64,000 nt of DNA from Rhizodiscina lignyota (Eukaryota), in NCBI GenBank assembly GCA_010015805.1, contig ML978137.1, positions 124,001-188,000 on the forward strand, read 5' to 3'. The position numbers were made by a program, and so were the translations under genes. This document shows positions 61,847 to 64,000 of the stretch, in pieces (positions within the stretch are counted from its first letter, which is position 1; each line of letters begins with the position of its first letter). A model generated the notes under the pieces. The model was not told the DNA's origin and did not search any database. It worked only from the letters and a program-made list of their open reading frames with translations.

Positions 61847-62953
61847 ATGACCCAATCGCGTCTTTGGAAGCCACTTAAAATTGGTGCAGTCGAAGTCAGG
61901 CACCGGATTGGCATGCCCGGTCTATCTCGCTTTCGGGGTACTGATGATCATACAGCGACTCCCATGATGAAGGAGTACTACAGCCAGCGCTCGCAGGTAC
62001 CAGGCACCCTGATCATCACAGAGGCCGGCCTCATCTCGCCGGGCAGTGGTGGCTACCCCAACGCTCCGGGCATCTGGCGCGAAGATCAGGTTGCGGCATG
62101 GAAGACGATCACCGACGAAGTCCACCGCAACGGCTGCTTCATAATTTGTCAGATATTCCATATCGGCCGCGCAGCAGTCCCCGAGATCGCAGAAAAGGAA
62201 GGTATCGAGATCGTATCCGCCAGCGCCATCCCTTACGAGGAGGGCGCTTCAGTGCCCAAGGCCCTGACGGTTGAGGAGATCAAACAGATTGTGCGGGATT
62301 TCGTAGCTGCGGCGAAGAATGCGATCCGCGCTGGTTTCGACGGCATCGAGCTCCACGCCGGGAACGGGTACCTCATCGACAGCTTCATCCAAGACGTCAG
62401 CAATATCCGCAGTGACGAGTATGGCGGCAACGTCGAGAATCGGTCTCGTTTCATCTACGAAGTCATGGAGGCCGTGGGCAGGGCTATCGGACCTGAGCGC
62501 GTCGGAATCCGTCTGAGTCCCTGGAGTACATTCCAGGGCATGCGGATGAAAGAGCCAATCCCACAGTTTTCTGACGTGATTCGCAAGGCGAAGTTGCTAG
62601 GTCTCAGCTATATCCATTTAATCGAACCGCGAGTCTCCAATAATGTGGACCTGGAACATCCCGTTGTCGAAACGTTGGATTTTGCGATTGATCTCTGGAA
62701 CGGGCCGATTCTTCTGGCGGGAGGATACAACCCGGATAATGCACAAAAAACGGTCGATGAAAAGTATCCCAATAAAGATATCATGGTCATGTTCGGTCGA
62801 CACTTCGTTGCGAACCCGGACCTGGTATTCAGGATCAAGAGCAGTCTAGTGCTAAATCATTATGATCGCAGCACCTTTTACGCCCTTAAAAATCCAATGG
62901 GCTATCTTGATTACCCGTTTAGCAACGAATTCCTTGCGAGTACTAGAGCTTGA
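61847..62953 (+). CDS. Old Yellow Enzyme / NADH:flavin oxidoreductase
   Basis: EYYSQR, GFDGIELHAGNGYLID (HxxN plus Tyr), RSDEYGG, IRLSP, FGRHFVANPDL, GYLDYP motifs; intronless. Confidence 0.95.
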   Translation: MTQSRLWKPLKIGAVEVRHRIGMPGLSRFRGTDDHTATPMMKEYYSQRSQVPGTLIITEAGLISPGSGGYPNAPGIWREDQVAAWKTITDEVHRNGCFIICQIFHIGRAAVPEIAEKEGIEIVSASAIPYEEGASVPKALTVEEIKQIVRDFVAAAKNAIRAGFDGIELHAGNGYLIDSFIQDVSNIRSDEYGGNVENRSRFIYEVMEAVGRAIGPERVGIRLSPWSTFQGMRMKEPIPQFSDVIRKAKLLGLSYIHLIEPRVSNNVDLEHPVVETLDFAIDLWNGPILLAGGYNPDNAQKTVDEKYPNKDIMVMFGRHFVANPDLVFRIKSSLVLNHYDRSTFYALKNPMGYLDYPFSNEFLASTRA

Positions 62954-63165
62954 GACGAGTACTGGTTTTGGATCGAGGCCTACATAGCAATCAGCCATAG
63001 TCCGTAGATAATAAAGTTCATTGCTCAAAATGATGTCTCATGTCTCGAGGTTAATCTAATATAATGAATAAAATCAAGTTGGTACTGCTATCGTTACAGT
63101 ATCCTCAGAAACAAAAAAAGTATTGCTGAAGAAAATCCACGCCAAGCTAACTATAAACGTAAATA

Positions 63166-64000
63166 TTAAGCACGAATCCTTCCAAAGTGCCCTTCGCATT
63201 CTTCGAGAAGCTTATCATCAATCTTGACTTCGTCAGGGAGATACCCCTCGGTGTCTGTTGCAACGTTGAATTCGGTCTCAATGAACTCGAGAACGTCTTC
63301 GAGAAAGTGACACTGGATGTCACCTTGTGTGTCAGCCTGGAACTTGAGACTGAAGGACAACTCCCTAGTCGCTCCCTTCGAAGAGGGATCAAACTCGATA
63401 AGCTGGAAGTGTGAGCCGGCTTTGCAAACAGTGAATGTATCCCTTATATGATCAGGTGGAATATCGTGTCTCTTCTGGTGCTCAGTGGAGGACTGGCCCC
63501 ATGCTGTGATCTTTTCGCAATTTCCTGGAGCTTTGTGAGCAGTTTGCATCAAGCGCAGTCTGGGCGTCTCTACAGAGGTCCGGATACTCACGTTGTGTGG
63601 AGTTCTGGGTAAACAACGCCATAACCAGCTTATTGGTCTCGTACCATTCAAGAGAATCGAAACTCGCTTCCGTGAATTGTAAAGTAAGAGAGCCTTTATC
63701 ATCCCAAACATCCTCGTCCGGTTGCTTGTATACAATGTTCGATGAGAGCGTAGCTATTGCCGACTCGTCACATGTAAAGGAACCTGTCGTTGCTGACTGC
63801 CCCTTGCTCGCGGGCACCTCACAGACTCGATCCATTGCGGATGTTATAGCCGAGAAAAGTGCCGAGCCTGTGAGAGTTCCGACACTGACACCAACAGTAT
63901 CAGCAGAGAGTACGGTTGAGGTCGTTTCAGGAGTGCACCCTAAAGAGGACGGTAAGGGAGAGCAGTCAGCCTCGTCAGGGCTGTAGACTGTGCACAACTG
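63166..64000 (-). CDS. C-terminal part of a Cys-containing, probably secreted protein; 5' end outside the window
   Basis: ORFs 63482-63997 and 63166-63735 join through a likely intron (~63538-63592, gtgagt donor). Spaced Cys, VSVGTLTGSALFSAI motif, acidic C-terminus. Confidence 0.7.

Noticed and set aside
1..64000. tRNA/rRNA genes, PKS/NRPS backbone genes, transposase or Starship captain recombinase
   Set aside because: None recognised by eye; a tRNAscan/Infernal/HMM run would be needed to exclude them formally.

Overview
Intron-containing genomic DNA from a filamentous ascomycete (short GT-AG introns with CTRAC branch points; Pezizomycotina-type genes). Identifications come from motif recognition only; no searches were run. 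Left to right: truncated flavin monooxygenase, SLX4, a gene-poor interval (~4.8-13.4 kb) with a decayed gene, a fungal TF-like gene, an intronless secreted protein, an SDR, a ~1800 aa nucleotidyltransferase-like/ankyrin fusion, VPS5, a PTS1-bearing HotDog thioesterase, a HeLo-like/ankyrin protein, a multipass membrane protein, a MARVEL protein, a secreted GH24 lysozyme with three Cys-rich repeats, a 3-hydroxyisobutyrate dehydrogenase-like gene, two related orphan genes flanking an AIF/AMID-like oxidoreductase, and a disrupted HET gene. Next is a secreted toxin-like gene bracketed by ~175 bp direct repeats, one carrying a 159 bp MITE. The right end has a divergent GH127/sugar-porter pair, a second TF-like gene, an Old Yellow Enzyme and a truncated Cys-rich protein. 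The best leads are the NTase-ankyrin protein and the 30-54 kb concentration of allorecognition, cell-death and antimicrobial-type genes.
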